64,000 nt of DNA, from contig MU053594.1 in the NCBI GenBank assembly GCA_013239625.1, positions 62,001 through 126,000 of the forward strand, read 5' to 3'. This DNA comes from Lama guanicoe. Its lineage: Eukaryota. Under the pieces are notes generated by a model. The model made no database searches. It was given only the letters and a program-made list of their open reading frames with translations, and had not been told where the DNA came from. Below, one piece after another: positions 63,011 to 64,000 of the stretch. Within the stretch, counting starts at the first letter, position 1; every line of letters begins with the position of its first letter. A program made the translations under genes and the position numbers.

Positions 63011-64000
63011 CTCTCCCCTTCCCTCAGCCTGGCCACATAGCTGAAGCCATTTCTTTATTCAGCAGTGTTTACTGAGAGCCCGATGTGTCAGGGTGTCGGG
63101 GTGCGACGGAGTCCACCACCAATGAGGTCCTGCCTCGGTTCCTGTCTTCCCGTCTGGACCGCTGACCCCCTGGGCCGGAGCGATGGAGGGCAGCGCTCCG
63201 GGGCTGTTCCCCACCAGGTGCCTAGCCACATACTCGACCGCTCACCCATGAGTTCATTCCCCAAACAGCTGAGTTAGAACCACCTTGCAGGTCACTCTGC
63301 TAGGAAGTATGGGAGACACAGAAATAAATCACATGTTCTGAAGAAGCTTTGAGACTAGTAGGCGAAAAGGCATGGGCAGATAAATGGCTGTGACACAAAA
63401 AAGGCGACAGGTGCCGTAAGAGGGGCTAGATAAATGGCTACGAGCAATCAGATGGGGGGCGGCCTCTGGTCCTGCCCAGACAGATGCCTCCCATGGCTGA
63501 GCCGGCCGACTTTCAAAAGAGAAGAGAAAAGGCATCAGTTGCCCGGCTGGCACCGTTCCTAGCACGGGAAGCAGGCACGATCTATTTAAAACGGCTCGAG
63601 GCAGGTTAGAGCCTTTTCTCACAACTCCCCAAACCTCGTGCTTCCCCGAGCTGACTGGCTAGTGGGACAGAACCCATCCTGTCAAAATCCTACGGACCTT
63701 TTTTAAAGAAATCATTTAGCTGGTGCTGGGATGATAAAAGAACCCTGTCATTCACAGGGAGGGTCCGGATGGGGAGGGAGGTGGGGCTGGTGGGGGAGAG
63801 GAGGAGGGGATGGGAAAAAAAATGGGGGAACGCCCCCCAAATATGGATCAGGGCAACTGGCGAAGGAAATTTATGCATTGTTAGTGGCTTTACTACCCAA
63901 TTAATTCGGTAATTTCAAAAACAATTTTATTTATGTTCCATTTACCACATCAAAAAGTTAAAAAAAAATCGTACTGATGCTAAAATAATACCTCAAGGCG

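Larger units (their letters stand above)
45898..64000 (-). other. ZBTB16: ZBTB16 intron upstream of the ZF3 exon (intron 3, partial)
   Basis: Ends at the ctttcag acceptor at 45898; the preceding ZF2 exon (...CELCGKRFLDSLRLRMHLLAHS) was not found in the window. Confidence 0.88.

Noticed and set aside
1..64000. CRISPR arrays, operons or other prokaryote-type systems
   Set aside because: Sequence is mammalian intron; no regularly spaced repeats or gene-dense coding structure seen.

Overview
Mammalian genomic DNA, almost certainly camelid (tRNA-Ala-derived Vic-1-type SINEs and artiodactyl-type L1 3' ends; I saw no Alu, Bov-tA/BovB or PRE-1). The window lies inside ZBTB16 (PLZF), transcribed on the minus strand. 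The only confidently coding segment is an 87-bp exon at 45811-45897 encoding (A)GAKAFVCDQCGAQFSKEDALETHRQTHT(G), zinc finger 3 (exon 4 in human numbering, from recall); the ORF track misses it. The rest is intron filled with MIR, L2, L1, MLT1, MER5 and camelid SINE repeats, plus many repeat-free, motif-dense enhancer-like islands. The most interesting signal is at about 52226-52660: a candidate internal promoter (CCAAT box, Inr-like motifs, GA repeat) followed by a strong-Kozak ATG and a GT donor whose phase puts a 32-codon Cys-rich leader in frame with the zinc-finger exon. Three glucocorticoid/androgen response elements sit in the same segment. This predicts a possibly steroid-inducible, BTB-less short PLZF isoform; it is a hypothesis needing RNA evidence. 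No prokaryotic-type system, CRISPR array or intact RNA gene is present. Repeat boundaries and subfamily names were called by eye and are approximate; conservation of non-coding islands could not be tested.
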